Positions 49,231 through 61,680 of a stretch of DNA of 64,000 bases are shown one piece after another. The DNA is from Phoronis australis (Eukaryota > Animalia > Phoronida). Numbering within the stretch: position 1 is the stretch's first letter; each line of letters opens with the position of its first letter. The notes beneath the pieces were generated by a model, which ran no database searches, was not told the DNA's origin, and saw nothing but the letters and a program-made list of their open reading frames with translations. The DNA is taken from contig NMRA01000669.1 of NCBI GenBank assembly GCA_002633005.1, forward strand, positions 78,396-142,395, in the 5' to 3' direction. The position numbers were made by a program, and so were the translations under genes.

Positions 49231-50860
49231 CTAGAAAAGATACGCGTAAGTCGTGAAGATTATATTAAAAGGTTGGTGTTTCGACAGCAATGCTTAGGCA
49301 TCAACAGAAATTAGACCTAGCACTGGAACACCTATGTACGAACAAAGGCCATCAATTGGGTCAACCAATCTGGAATGCCTATGAAGAAGAGCGAGCGCTT
49401 CTCCTGCAAACTGCAAAACAATTCATGTAAAGGCTACGATTAAACCCCAGTGAGGGTCGCCAAGGCGCACTTAAGTGTGGTCATGCAAGTACAGGTTAAA
49501 TTCTATGCGATTTCTCGGTGCGAGGCTCTGAAAGACTCTACTGAGGGCGCTGAGGGATGCGTCGACGTTGACAACAGAACGTGACATGGACAGCTATGGC
49601 CACTACACCTGTGACGACAACAACGTTGCCGATGACACCGGCACCAACAGCCCAAATGCCGTTGCCGACGCCGCTTCCGCAGACAATACAGCCAGGGACA
49701 ACGTGCACAAAGTAATGACGTAGTCTAGTACAACTTACGTTGGTTGAGAACCTGACAATTCTGAAATTATAACGAAAGGCAATGTCCGACCTGTGATGAT
49801 TATGACGGCGACGATGAATACGAATGGGACGATGAGCACAGATACGGAAACGATGAACGCAAAACTGAGTTCTACAATGAAATTTCTAGGGACTAAAAGA
49901 AAAATTCTCATTGACTAAAAAAAATTCTCAGTGACTAAAAGAAAAGTAATCAGGTAATGAAGTCGTACAGAGAACATTTTGTAACGATGGACGTGATATG
50001 TTTAAATACGAAAATTCAAGCGGCAAAGCGAGGAATCGACAAATGGCCGAAACAGTGCCATCGTGGGTCCTACTTCGGTCACAAACCATAGGATCACGTT
50101 TTGTTTTCAAAGAAATTTGGCTTAGGTAAATTTCATTTGAGGACATTTCATTGGTGAACAAACGTAACCTCTATATCGAACAAGGAAGCATAATATATTT
50201 TGGCAGACTTCACGTCCGTACATTGTGTGTACTTAGTGAATTTCATTTCCCTAAGTAAAAACATTACCACCTCAGGTGTTATCACATTCGTTAAATTTAT
50301 CAGCAGTCCATCTTTGAACGTGTTTATTTGCATATGGGCTAAAATGTAAGCCCCAGCCACAGTAAATTGCTCACTAAGTTACAGGATTAGACTCGGCTAG
50401 AAGCATATAGCTCCATCATGTAACCTCGCGTTATAGGAGTGTGGACTCTCAGCAATGGGGTGTTTACATATGGTAATAAAGTTACAGCAGAAGGCATCTC
50501 AGTGTCAATGTAAAATTTATCCACTGTCTCCCCTGGTTTTATTTCCAAAGAGAAAGCTTGCATTGAAACTTGAAAGTCACGATCTATTTTCCTTAAATTT
50601 CAAAATGCAATCCCAAAGGATGACTACTCGCATAAGAGGTCACAACGTGTCCAATATATGCTTGTTTTCTGCATCATTGAGGCTACATGTCACGTGTCAT
50701 AACTAAACGAGTACTTTTCTGTGCGTAGTGGTTTTGCTTAATCTACTTTTTAGCTCTTAAACGATCATCATTCTTGTCTTAATCAACGCTTACTTTAGAC
50801 AGTACTGCAGTCACTATTGGCCCCAGTAGAGACGGTGAAGCTCCAACAGGAGCTTTATAT

Positions 50861-51140
50861 GCCTGAAACTTTTCGACGAATTATGCCTCACAGTGATTAA
50901 AACGTCTAAGCCCCGTTGCTATAAGTATCTTTTGTGCATAGAGGGACACCTTATGAGACCGTCGATGTCTTTAATTCCTTCCAACTGGAACTCAGTCCCG
51001 ACTTTTTCTTAAACAGTCCACGATAAATATAGTGCGTGATTGGACTATAGGAACTGATTAAAGGGGCGCTTTGATTAGGTAAAACTACGTGTAATTTAAG
51101 CAAAAGCGCGCGTTGAATAAGAGCAAAACGATGATCGTTT
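50861..51140 (+). repeat. Repeat copy, inverted partner of 56097-56409
   Basis: Shared blocks gttgctataagta.cttttgtgca.agagggacacctta, ggactat..gaactgattaaa and gttgaataagagca. Confidence 0.85.
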
Positions 51141-51844
51141 AAAAACTAAATGTACGCGAAGATTAAGCACATTTCTACGCGCAGAAAGGTACTCGTTTAT
51201 GAACCCTTTGGCGCTTCATGCAAAACTCCATACGTCTAAACATCAAAACCGAGAAAAATTCGGGTTATTGGTCAACTCGTGAAACGTAAACGGTCGCTGC
51301 TTTGTTGGTGCGTTTACGAAAACACCTTACATGTACCATAACACCGTTTTAAGAAGAACCAAGGGTTCCTAAACGAAGAACATTTTACGCGTGGAAATGT
51401 GCTTAATCTGTGTGTACTTTTGCTTAATTTACGTGTGCTTTTGCTTAATCTATCCGTACTTTTAATTTACGCCTACTGTTACTTATTCTACGCGTATTAT
51501 TAATTCTAAAATGATCATTGTTCTGTTCTTAATCAATTAATTTGAGAGCACGGGCGCAATTGGACTATATGAACTGATCAAAAGTACTCGTGGATTAAGC
51601 AAAACTACTGGTTGATTAAGCACATTTCAACGCGCAAAAAGTTACTCGTTTTACAACTATCGGCGCTTCATACCGTTGAACCTGTGCACGCGCAGCATCG
51701 CGTGATTAAGCGTCACTGTGGGTCCGAAAGTCACCATTAAATGTTCATTTGTAGTTCTTGCTCAGGAATTTCAAAACTGTTATGTACTTGTGGAATTGGG
51801 AAAAAATTCGATCAAAATTCACTTTCGAACCTCAACCGACAGGT

Positions 51845-51967
51845 ACGCAAACCCTAAAATTCGAGGCCCTGCATCCCCACATGTGAGGCCAGGCGCGCCC
51901 ATCTGCCGAAATTCTGGTTATTCTTGTGCCTTGCCCCCCCTAGCTCAAAATCCTGGATCCGCCCCTG
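51845..51967. mobile_element. Partial composite MITE (family B end joined to family A end)
   Basis: Same junction as 32325-32442 (tgccgaaattctggttattc...ggatccgcccctg). Confidence 0.75.
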
Positions 51968-51989
51968 GTCTGTTCATTATTTATAAAAT

Positions 51990-52284
51990 TTGTTAATATG
52001 ATTAGAAGGTGGCGAGTACGGCCGTCATCGTAGCGCCGCTTTTGTGTTTGGTCGAAACACGATTCCTTGAAATGTGCCGAATAAAGTGTGGCTCCCAAAT
52101 GAATCGCATGTTCCACAGTCCAAACTCTCGTGCGGCGCACAAACCGATGACATTTCTGTGCAACTTTCACGCATTTAGGAAATTTGAACATATAGACGTT
52201 CTCAGTGAAGTTGTTTTTATTACATCCCCCACAAACGCACCTTTTTGTGTTTGAAAAAGGCGGCTTTCTGAGGACTTTCATCAC
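51990..52284 (-). pseudogene. THAP zinc-finger domain remnant
   Basis: KRCVCGGC...FKFP...(W>C)..FVRRTR...L(C>Y)SAHFKESCF matches the C2CH THAP pattern with two damaged key residues. Confidence 0.8.
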
Positions 52285-52619
52285 AACTCCTCAGTGTCGC
52301 CAAATAAATCTTTGCTATCGCAGTGGTAAAAACAACGAAGGCGGAGACGGTCGTCCACCCATTATGTACAACCTCGATACTATAACAGAAAAGGTTTGTT
52401 TTAATTTCTGGCTTGTTTCTTAGGAAGAGGTATACTAAAGGCTTTTAAATCCCTTAAGATGCATTAATAGAATTCTTTGTGGACACAGAGTCATGGTGGG
52501 AATACTTCAATATACGAAGACTCACCTTTCTGGCCTATGCCATTTCAATAAGAACAAGTCATGATTTAAAATACTAAGTTGCTGCACGTAATTTGGACTC
52601 ACTAGATTTTTTATTCGCC

Positions 52620-53052
52620 GCGAGACAGCTGTTGGTCAGGCAGTGTTGGCTTACGTGAAGAGTGACGAATCCACAGTCTTCAGAGATGTTTATCTACAGT
52701 TTTGTTTGGAGTTCATTGAATCAAAGCTTCTAACACATGGAGATGTCATTTGCCTTTCAAAACTAAAGCAAGATTTTGAAAGTGTTCTTCAGAAAGCTGG
52801 TGTGCATGAAGTTATTTGGACAGGCAATCACCAGTGTGCGGTGCTGTACCCTCTCTAATCGACCATAGTTGGCTCCTTGGCGGTGGAGCTTTGCAGTTAA
52901 AATGTATGGCAATGTCCACATCTGCATTGACAGTGCTAAACGATGAACGCTGCAAGTGCAAACAGAACATGTGTGATGGGAAACTTGAGTTTGTGCTGCA
53001 ATGCTGGGTCAAACTGTACAGAAATGTGCAGCTGTGACAACTGTAGTAACAT
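52620..53052 (+). pseudogene. Internally deleted, frameshifted transposase remnant with Cys-rich (CXC/Cys8) C-terminus, Academ-like
   Basis: FCLEFIESKLL...VICLSKLK is joined to PSLIDHSW...RCKCKQNMC.../CCNAGSNCTEMCSCDNCSN. This resembles the Cys8 tail of Academ transposases (recognised by pattern only). Confidence 0.55.
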
Positions 53053-53605
53053 CAGCAACACTGACTGCATAACATTGGATAGTTCTTTGACAAGTCAACA
53101 CTAAATACACCTCCAACCCCGTTATTTCGTTTTTTTTGTATTAAAAAGTTAATTTTATTTGTTCATTAAGTCATAGAAAGTACATACTTTGATCATTGTC
53201 ATGTATTTGTCTCATACTGCTTGATAAACGCTGTCAGAATAATCTATTATTTTCATACAGTCTGTGTGCACATTCACAGCTACAGAGATCATTCAACTAC
53301 ATTGTTTTTGTACTATAACGCATTTCTGGTGTATTATGCAAACACCATTAGTCAATGTTTTAGTCATTGAGGCACAAATTCTGCCCAGTCTCAAGTGTTT
53401 TGTGTTATTTTTGTTGCCAGACAATGCCAGAATAACTTCCTAGTAACATTCAGACTTAGTTTGCATTTTTGCCACTAGGTGTCTCTTTACATTTTTTAAA
53501 TTTCACTGTTTACAATTAATCTACAATAGTAAAACATGTAATGTGAGTGTAATATTGTTCAATACAATGGCACTGATGGGACCATATTACTTGTTTTACA
53601 AAAAA

Positions 53606-53983
53606 NNNNNNNNNNNNNNNNNNNNNNNNNNNNNNNNNNNNNNNNNNNNNNNNNNNNNNNNNNNNNNNNNNNNNNNNNNNNNNNNNNNNNNNNNNNNNNN
53701 NNNNNNNNNNNNNNNNNNNNNNNNNNNNNNNNNNNNNNNNNNNNNNNNNNNNNNNNNNNNNNNNNNNNNNNNNNNNNNNNNNNNNNNNNNNNNNNNNNNN
53801 NNNNNNNNNNNNNNNNNNNNNNNNNNNNNNNNNNNNNNNNNNNNNNNNNNNNNNNNNNNNNNNNNNNNNNNNNNNNNNNNNNNNNNNNNNNNNNNNNNNN
53901 NNNNNNNNNNNNNNNNNNNNNNNNNNNNNNNNNNNNNNNNNNNNNNNNNNNNNNNNNNNNNNNNNNNNNNNNNNNNNNNNNNN
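53606..53983. other. Assembly gap (378 N)
   Basis: Run of n. Confidence 1.
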
Positions 53984-54176
53984 ATCGCTTGGTCCACGAT
54001 GACGTCCCACACTCTCGTTCGGCGCACGAAGTCATGCCACTTCTGCGCAACTTTGGTGTCCTTCGGAACACCGAGACGTTTTCCGCCTTGCTGCTGTTGC
54101 TGCAGCCTCCGGAAACACATCTTTTGATCCCTCTACGAACCTTCTCGACGCTAAATGTACTTTGCATTCTCTTCAC
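53984..54176 (-). pseudogene. Second THAP domain remnant (frameshifted, runs into the gap)
   Basis: KRCVSGGCSNS...NVSVF / PKDTKVAQKWHDFVRRTRVW, homologous to the 51990-52284 copy. Confidence 0.75.
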
Positions 54177-56096
54177 TCTATAGACTTTGTCTATGATCCG
54201 AACGGTATGCCGAACGACCTGGGTTCAACCCATGACGTTGTACATAATTATTATTTTTTTCAATTTTTGCGTGTATCTTTATGAGCTGTGCACTAAAGGC
54301 ACTGAAATCAAGTAAGATATAATAATAAAATTTATTTTGAGGTACTAGAGTCATGTTGTGTACACTTTAATGTAAAAACATTCACACAATCGCGGTACAT
54401 ATAATACATGTATACATTCCAAGCACATTTTCCGTCTGCAGTTGGTCATACCCATGAGTAATTTGCTTCCGAAACCATGGGAAACGCCCTTGCCGACTTT
54501 CGATCCTGTGACTGCAACTCCTTTCCCATTTAAGCTAAATTCACGCTCAAGGTTATAAATCGGGGTATGGAATAGTTGCGGCTCTGGCCAGGAATATTTA
54601 CCGCAGTGATTAACATAACCGTGAACATAGTTAAATAGTATGACATTCGCTGAGTCACTACAGGGCACAATAGGACGATGGTCAGGAACGTAGTAATCAA
54701 ATAAATCAAAACCAATCTCCCGGCCACAGGTGCTTTTGATGTGGCAATCCTTGTGTACAGTGTCTATGTCAGGTTGAAACCAATGAATTTAAATTAACAA
54801 AATGACCAGTATTCCATCCTTAAATTCAACTCGTCATTAAGTGTCTAGACGTGGGGTTCATTCGTTTATTTTGCAGTCAACCGTTTTCGTTTCGTCTTTC
54901 ATAATTTCAAGATTTGCAGTCCAGCCTACTGGTTTTGAACTCCGGGCAACAGCTTTTGAAGTCCGGCCAATTGTTGATTCCCCCCTTGTGTAACAAGTTC
55001 ATTCAAGAATAGCGTTTTTATAACTGTCAAAACTTCGTCACGGTACATTTGAAATAAAACTTAATCGCCTTCTTGTAGACAAAGTATTGAATTGGGTTGT
55101 TTCACCGACGATACGTTTTTCAAGTATAGCTGCACCGACAAAAACGCTGATAATTTTTTACGGAGCGTCAGTTTAACACGCTAAGATATGTACATTGTAT
55201 GATCAGACTCCCCGTTTTAAAGTAAGTTAACACGATATTCAACTACCTATGAAGCCCCGTTGAAATATTTGCATATGATTTTATAATTTATTTACAGAAA
55301 GAATTAAAATAACGACAAATCTGAAACCGCACAACAGTTTGATCAATTGAGAATTGTTCTATAGGCTGTTGTCAATGTAATCTGCATGCGTGCACACGAT
55401 TACGTTTTGAAAGCGTAGGGAAATTTTCTAGGAGGGGATATAAATACACAGCAAATTACGAAATAATGGCTTGCTCAACAACGACAAATCGGTCAGAGTA
55501 TCAGCACCATTGTTACGACGGGGCGTTAATCACTTGACTGTCTCAAACGCACATTATGAGTTGCTACTCAGTGAATAACTGCTGTAATTAGCATAGGGTC
55601 TCGATCCATTTGAACTTTTCAGTTAAGGTGAAAATTAAAAGGAATTAGGTTTATGATTGTTGGTCATCTTTTCGTGGAAGGACATCTTTTCGTGGAAAAG
55701 AGAGAGAATCAAACGCACAGATGCATTATACCGGCTACTCCACGATGTCAACGTTCGATACGATAAGCAATCAAGCGTACGTATGTGTCGAGCAAGGGTC
55801 GCAGTAATGTGAAATTTGAAGATTCATGAATATTTATTGCATTGTTGTACTTGTGACACCTTAGGTCAATGACCCAAGTACAATATGCACGCAGTTACTC
55901 ATTATTCCACCAACGCAATACCGCCAACCGGTGCTAGCATACACGTAGACAATCAAGGGTGATGTGCTTTAAATACTTGTTTTTAAGGTGACTGTAACCT
56001 GCCTTCCATCGAAACTACCGGTTGACCACTTACCGCTATGAAACTGATCCCAACTTGTCCCTGTCTCAGGTGAAAACTGGTTTCTGGGTTTGAGGA

Positions 56097-56409
56097 AAAC
56101 GACCATCGCCCTGCTCTTATTCAACGCGCACTTTTGTTAATCTACGCGTAGTTTTCCTAATCAATGCGCACTTTTAATCAGTTCACATAGTCCAGTCACC
56201 CCCTATTTTTAGCGCGCCAGGCCGATTTTGGCAACTGAACAAAGGACTGCTGGAAAAAAGTTTGATTACGGGAGTAGTTGTTCGAGTTGTAAGGAATTAA
56301 TGACATCGACGGCCTCCTAAGGTGTCCCTCTGTGCACAAAAGGTACTTATAGCAACGTAACTTTGATGTTTTAATCAGTGTGGGCATAATTCGCCAAAAC
56401 GCTTCCGGC
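56097..56409 (-). repeat. Repeat copy, inverted partner of 50861-51140
   Basis: The reverse complement aligns along its length, with indels. Confidence 0.85.
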
Positions 56410-59400
56410 TTCCTTTGCACCCAAAATCACACATTGATTTACAAAAATGGTTCCAAATGTTCCCATTTTTGTGAAAAGTTTCACATACTTGAGGTTTTAC
56501 AGGCTAAACGATTTCAGGGTTGTAATAGTCACTGACGAAATTTAAAGTGGCGTAACACACAAATTTCGGCCTTTACATTTAGATTTAAAAATAAATTGTT
56601 TTCCCAAAAGTAATAACAGGTCAAGCAGCAATTCTAATTCGTTGCCTATAGCAAAGGTTACTGTTCTGTAGGAGAGCTTCTGTCTTCATGCCTAGTGGCC
56701 TATTTATGTTTTTCATTCTGAACATTACACCGCCGATTGAAAAGACACCTACCACGTGTATTCTCCCATCCTGTTTCCATGGACCACAGCTTGCGCCGCC
56801 TCAGCCTCAGAGGTTTGACGTAATTCTTACCCGTAATCAAAATCGCGAACGCTGTCAATGCATTGTGTGCATAGGAGAGAGATGAATACGCTACGTTTAG
56901 GCTTTGACAGAGCGGTCAAAGCCTGAAGGCAACATAAACGTCCACATTTCACTCCCTTTTGGCAACATGGATATTTTGGACGTCCACGTAAGTTAACAGT
57001 GCCGTTAACAGCATTCTAATGATGTACAGTTAATCAGGGATTATAGAGTAATGCAATAAAAAATAAAGACATCTCTTGACGCACATTTCGACGGTACTTC
57101 TGGGTCGTTTTCCATCTGCATGCGGGCACGAATTGGGCATTACGAACGCATGGGATTTTACAAAGCCCTGGGATGTGGTAGCCAGCTTAGAATAAAATAT
57201 TAAATTGGATTCCTTCCCATGACCGACCGTGAACTATCTGCACGACTCAAAATGTTTTATTGGCATCATCATAAAAGACGCGGAAATTACTCTGCAACAA
57301 CATTGCAATTGGCATTATTAGTGAACTAACATGATTGTCTTGAACGCAATGCGAGACTTGTTTTTCTAAATATAAAGTCCAATACGGCAACTCCTTATAT
57401 AACTTATTTGGGTTAGAATTTTAACTCTACGTCTAGATGCAATGTATTCAACAAATTATCATAGCGTTCGTGAAGAAATAACTTTGAACACAGTCTAAGT
57501 AAACAATAACAATATTAAATTACTATTATTGTAAATTTTCTCTTTTACTCACACTACATCTCTCCCCGTCTTTAGCTTTGAAACTTATACCGTGAACCCC
57601 ACTCTCTTGATTCTCCATTACGGACACGTCGACGTCTAGGATTAAATGACCTCTGAACAAGTATAAATAAGAATATAAACACTAACGGCCAGAGGGCTTC
57701 GCGAGTCTGGGTCAACAAAGCCGGGACTGGGCCCATTTATATAAAGATATAGCTAAAGCTTCACAGCGTAAACTGTCACGCCAGGCTTTAGTTTCCGGTT
57801 CAAACAGAACCGGACCGTTTCCGCCCGAGACGGACACTTCCACTAGAAGAAAAATGCTGTACGTGTCGCTCAGATGGGTGTCTTTTTCCGAGACCAGTTT
57901 TTCTCAAAAAGTTCCTTTTCAGATAAAATTCCCTGCGAACGTGTGCTTTTTCTGTTTTGGATTACCTAGAAATGGATTTTGTTTGCGAGAGGCCAAAGTT
58001 ATCTCAAACCTTATTTAGTAGCCTCCATTCTAACTCGTATATCAAAATATAAGCTTTGTCAACTGGCAAAAGTACATATTTTCTGAAAGAAAAAAGATCA
58101 AGGAATATAAAATATGTTTTATATTTACGTACCATTGTTATTATTGCGTTACCACCTATTTCAATCAAAATTTCATTTTTAAGAGAGGTACATTCATAGC
58201 GAAATAACCTCTCAGTCCATTTCAATGAAACCTTTTTTAAATTAAAACTTCACCACTTACCTAAAAAATTATGTTAGGAATTTTCAGCTAGTCTTTTAGC
58301 TTGGTTTGTATCACAGATCAACTCGCAAAGCGTAAGGTATTTTCGTCTTTGTTGCTATACAAAAACTAGGCATTCATGTCGAAAATCCTAGTAGCGTTTT
58401 TGAGACTCATGTATAAAGTATTCAGGTTGGAAAGTTTCAGCGAAATCCACTGAGCCGTTTTTCGAGAACTCGTGTTCCTAAGTTCAGATTAAGTCGATTT
58501 GCCAAAGCCGAGAAAAAGCCGATTAAAGTGGGACGAGTGAAAATCTCAATATCTTCGGTTAATTAAGTTCGGTGAAAACTTGTTTTCGGTAAATATAACC
58601 TATACATGCCTTAACCATGTTAGCTATTTCAACATTCACTCGCAATGTCAACTGAATTTGCAGTGCGTAATCAACTCAATTATTGCTAAAAGGTCAAATT
58701 TTGCCGTCCCCAGCCAAGAGGTGGGATCAACTGTTGACCTACATAAAAGTAGGTCAACAGTTCATTGTTGGTACACACCACGCGCCGGGAGACTAATACG
58801 AAACCTAATAATAAATAGTGGTTAAAGTACGTCGTTAGCACTAGATCGAAACAGCGAAATGTCAAACTACCTATCGAATTCAGGAATTTGGGAGAGGATT
58901 TATCTCTTTTCACAATTTGCTGTATTCGTGTTCACGGATCGAGTCTCAGTGGCGTCGGGCGACTCGGAGCATTTGTTCTCAACGGTCGTATGCATGTATA
59001 GACGTACAACGCCCTCAGGATCAAAACCGCGTTTTGTCTTTGTTTTCCCCTGCACCGTTCTATTATATGTACATCTCGTTGACTCAGTATTGTGGCGACT
59101 TGGTGAATGAAAGGATTGAGGGTACATACAAAGCTGCTCTGTACCTGGACGGAGATTCGATTTGAGTGACATCCCTGTAACCTTTGACTTCGGATAAGTA
59201 GTAAACAAATATTCACACGGTTGTGCGGTTCCAAGGTGATTCTGCTGATTTTTTCTAGCAACACGGCATGCATTACTTGAAGTTCCCGAGATGGATATAA
59301 GGTATTTTGCTAAACAATAAGTGAAATATTGTAAAAATGGCCAATTTTTGTGAATAAGGCTTGGGATATTCTTGAATTCACATGTTTAGTTCATATTTCA

Positions 59401-60815
59401 ACTACAGTACAAAAATATACACAACGGTTTTGAACTTTATCTATATTTTGAAAGTTCACTAAGATGCACGCGTTTTTTTACTGTTTTGACGCCTCTTCTT
59501 GTTGAGTTGAAATGACGGCAGTCTAAGAATATGTACGAAATGGTTAAGTTTGTGGAATTAATTCCCACAGAATCGTTCTGTTTCTTATATAAAACAATGC
59601 TCTGCAATTCTTCTCAACTCCCAAAAAGTTTGGAGCAAATTTGAAAATCCATGCAGTTTCTATGAAACCAGAAACCGTGACAACGCTTTTGGTCAACACA
59701 ACTGTGGCAGAGAAGGGCCACCCATGAAGAAGCGCAGGGTTCATTTGGGAGCAGCAAGAAGTTATGTTTTGTTGAATCGCGATGTTATCGACTATAAGGT
59801 CGTGTACTAGCAGAACTAGAATTGCTTTATCACGAAAACACGGCTTAGGGTCACTTTAAGTCACTTCCTTTTTTCTGCTTGTGTGTCTTCCAGTTTCCGT
59901 GTGTTCGGTGAAAAATCAGCGTTACAGCTTCGTGCTAAAATCCCAATCTACCGCAATATTCCAAAAAAGTGAGCATTTGTTTCTCACATGAGAGTTTGCT
60001 TCGTCTCCAGCTACTATAAATTCTGAAAAATTGAACTTGCATGGCCCCCTTCCGAATCCCTCCGAATTATGTAAGCTGCATCTGCAACAATTTACAAAAT
60101 ACTACAAACTGATAGAAATCTGAGAATGGTTGAGTTGTACATTTCCTTACAGTATGTGTTTTCCGTATTAACTTCCTACCAGATACTACATTGTCCCAGT
60201 TACCACTATTGCCCAACCGTACCGAATCAACAACGTAATTTCCTCAATCCAACAACAACATTTCATCGGAGTTTGCTTGAGCAGTAATATGAATGCTACA
60301 CAGGTGCTATAATTGCGAATAATGGCCAACAAACTAAGCAGAGCAAATAGCGAGGTCTACAGCAATAAAACACTTTATGTCAATTCGCTTCATTTGACAT
60401 GTGGCACTGGCAAGGAACGAGTTGACTCGAACGCGGCGTAACTCTTATGTGTAAATAGAAATTGACAGCGAACCAGTTGACACCGCGACGTCAACTTTAT
60501 AATAAGCAGTTATAGACGCGACTGCGCGATCCACCATATAAAAAGCGGAAATCTGATTTCGGAGTTTAAACGCCGAATGGCAAATTATTGTACAAAATGT
60601 TCTCGACTTCATGTCCGAGCTTTAGCTCACTTAATGATGTTACCTTTAAAATGGCAACATGTACAAATGAGAATTGTCTACAGACTGTTACTAACACTGA
60701 ATATCACAAACAGTGGCTAGAAATTCTGATTGATGCTGGTTTTGTGATGAAAAATTTGGAGGATATTTTTAATTTGTTTTTGAATGTTTTTAGGCAAAAT
60801 TTTTTGGGGAAAGTA

Positions 60816-61680
60816 CAGGGTGTCCACGAATTTAAGATACAGACTAAAATGCTTCTAACTTTTTTGTTTTTTAAAATTTTGACTTTTTGTGTAAGATTTA
60901 AGGGGCTGACATGTTAAGAAATCCAGCCACCCATCAAGAATGTCATTCACCAAACAAAAGAAAATTTTCTGCATGGTTGAAAAAACTGAGAAAAACTCCT
61001 TCAAATATGCAATCGCTCTGTTTCGCCAAAAAACACGATCATAACGAATACCACACAGAAATACAGATCTATCGCTTGGTAAAGAAGTTTGAGATTGCAG
61101 GGACAATAAATGATATGAGGGAGAAGTCTCGTAGCAGAGTTGGCAGAAAACTCACTGTAAGATCTCCATAAAACATTGCTAGAGTACAAGAGTCACTGGC
61201 ACGTAGTCCCAAGAAATCTCTAAGTTAAACTAGGAACGCTACCTGGAGGTTCACCTCAAGTTTTGGGAAGAATTAGGTGTCGGAAAAGGAGAAGAGGTGC
61301 AAGCAGGGAGGAGAGGAATATATAGTAGTTCCAGCAGGATGAGGTCACCCCTCACACAGCCACTGTGGACTATTTGGACAGCAAGTTCCCCTAATTATCA
61401 TCTAATCAGCTGTAGATGCAACCCAGAATGTGCGCCTACTCCCGAGTCCCCCGTCTGATCTGAACCCCCAGATTTTTACTTTTGGGGATATCTGAAGGGC
61501 AAGGTAAACAAGGACAACTTCAGGACCAGTCCAGATCTCAAGGAAGCAATCACCTGAGAAATCTACATGTACATGTAAGCTGCATCAAAGGAGGAGTGCT
61601 GCAAGGTCATGCATCACTTTGCTCGGAGAATCCAAGTGTGCCTTCTGCAGAACGACTCCCATCTAGAACATATTATCTAA
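60816..61680 (+). mobile_element. Degenerate Tc1/mariner-superfamily transposon (DUF4817-type N-terminus)
   Basis: TA/CAGGGTGTCC left end. Peptide fragments IYRLVKKFEIAGTIND...GRKLTVRS, VQESLARSPKKS, FQQD...PHT, SDLNP.DF..WGYLKGKV and HLEHII*. Many stops and deletions; right TIR not seen. Confidence 0.8.

Noticed and set aside
53516-54176. Long ORFs of 164-205 aa in the ORF track
   Set aside because: Their length comes from reading through the N gap.
57591-57618. SLC6 start exon (MENQESGVH)
   Set aside because: Plausible acceptor, ATG and donor, but it ends in phase 1 while the 49230 exon starts in phase 0. No bridging exon was found.
58000-59860. Possible Kolobok-like non-autonomous element ending ...cactttaa
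   Set aside because: The sequence texture suggests a transposon, but no matching TIR pair or TSD could be established. The same applies to ttaaagg-starting segments at ~14920 and ~37900.
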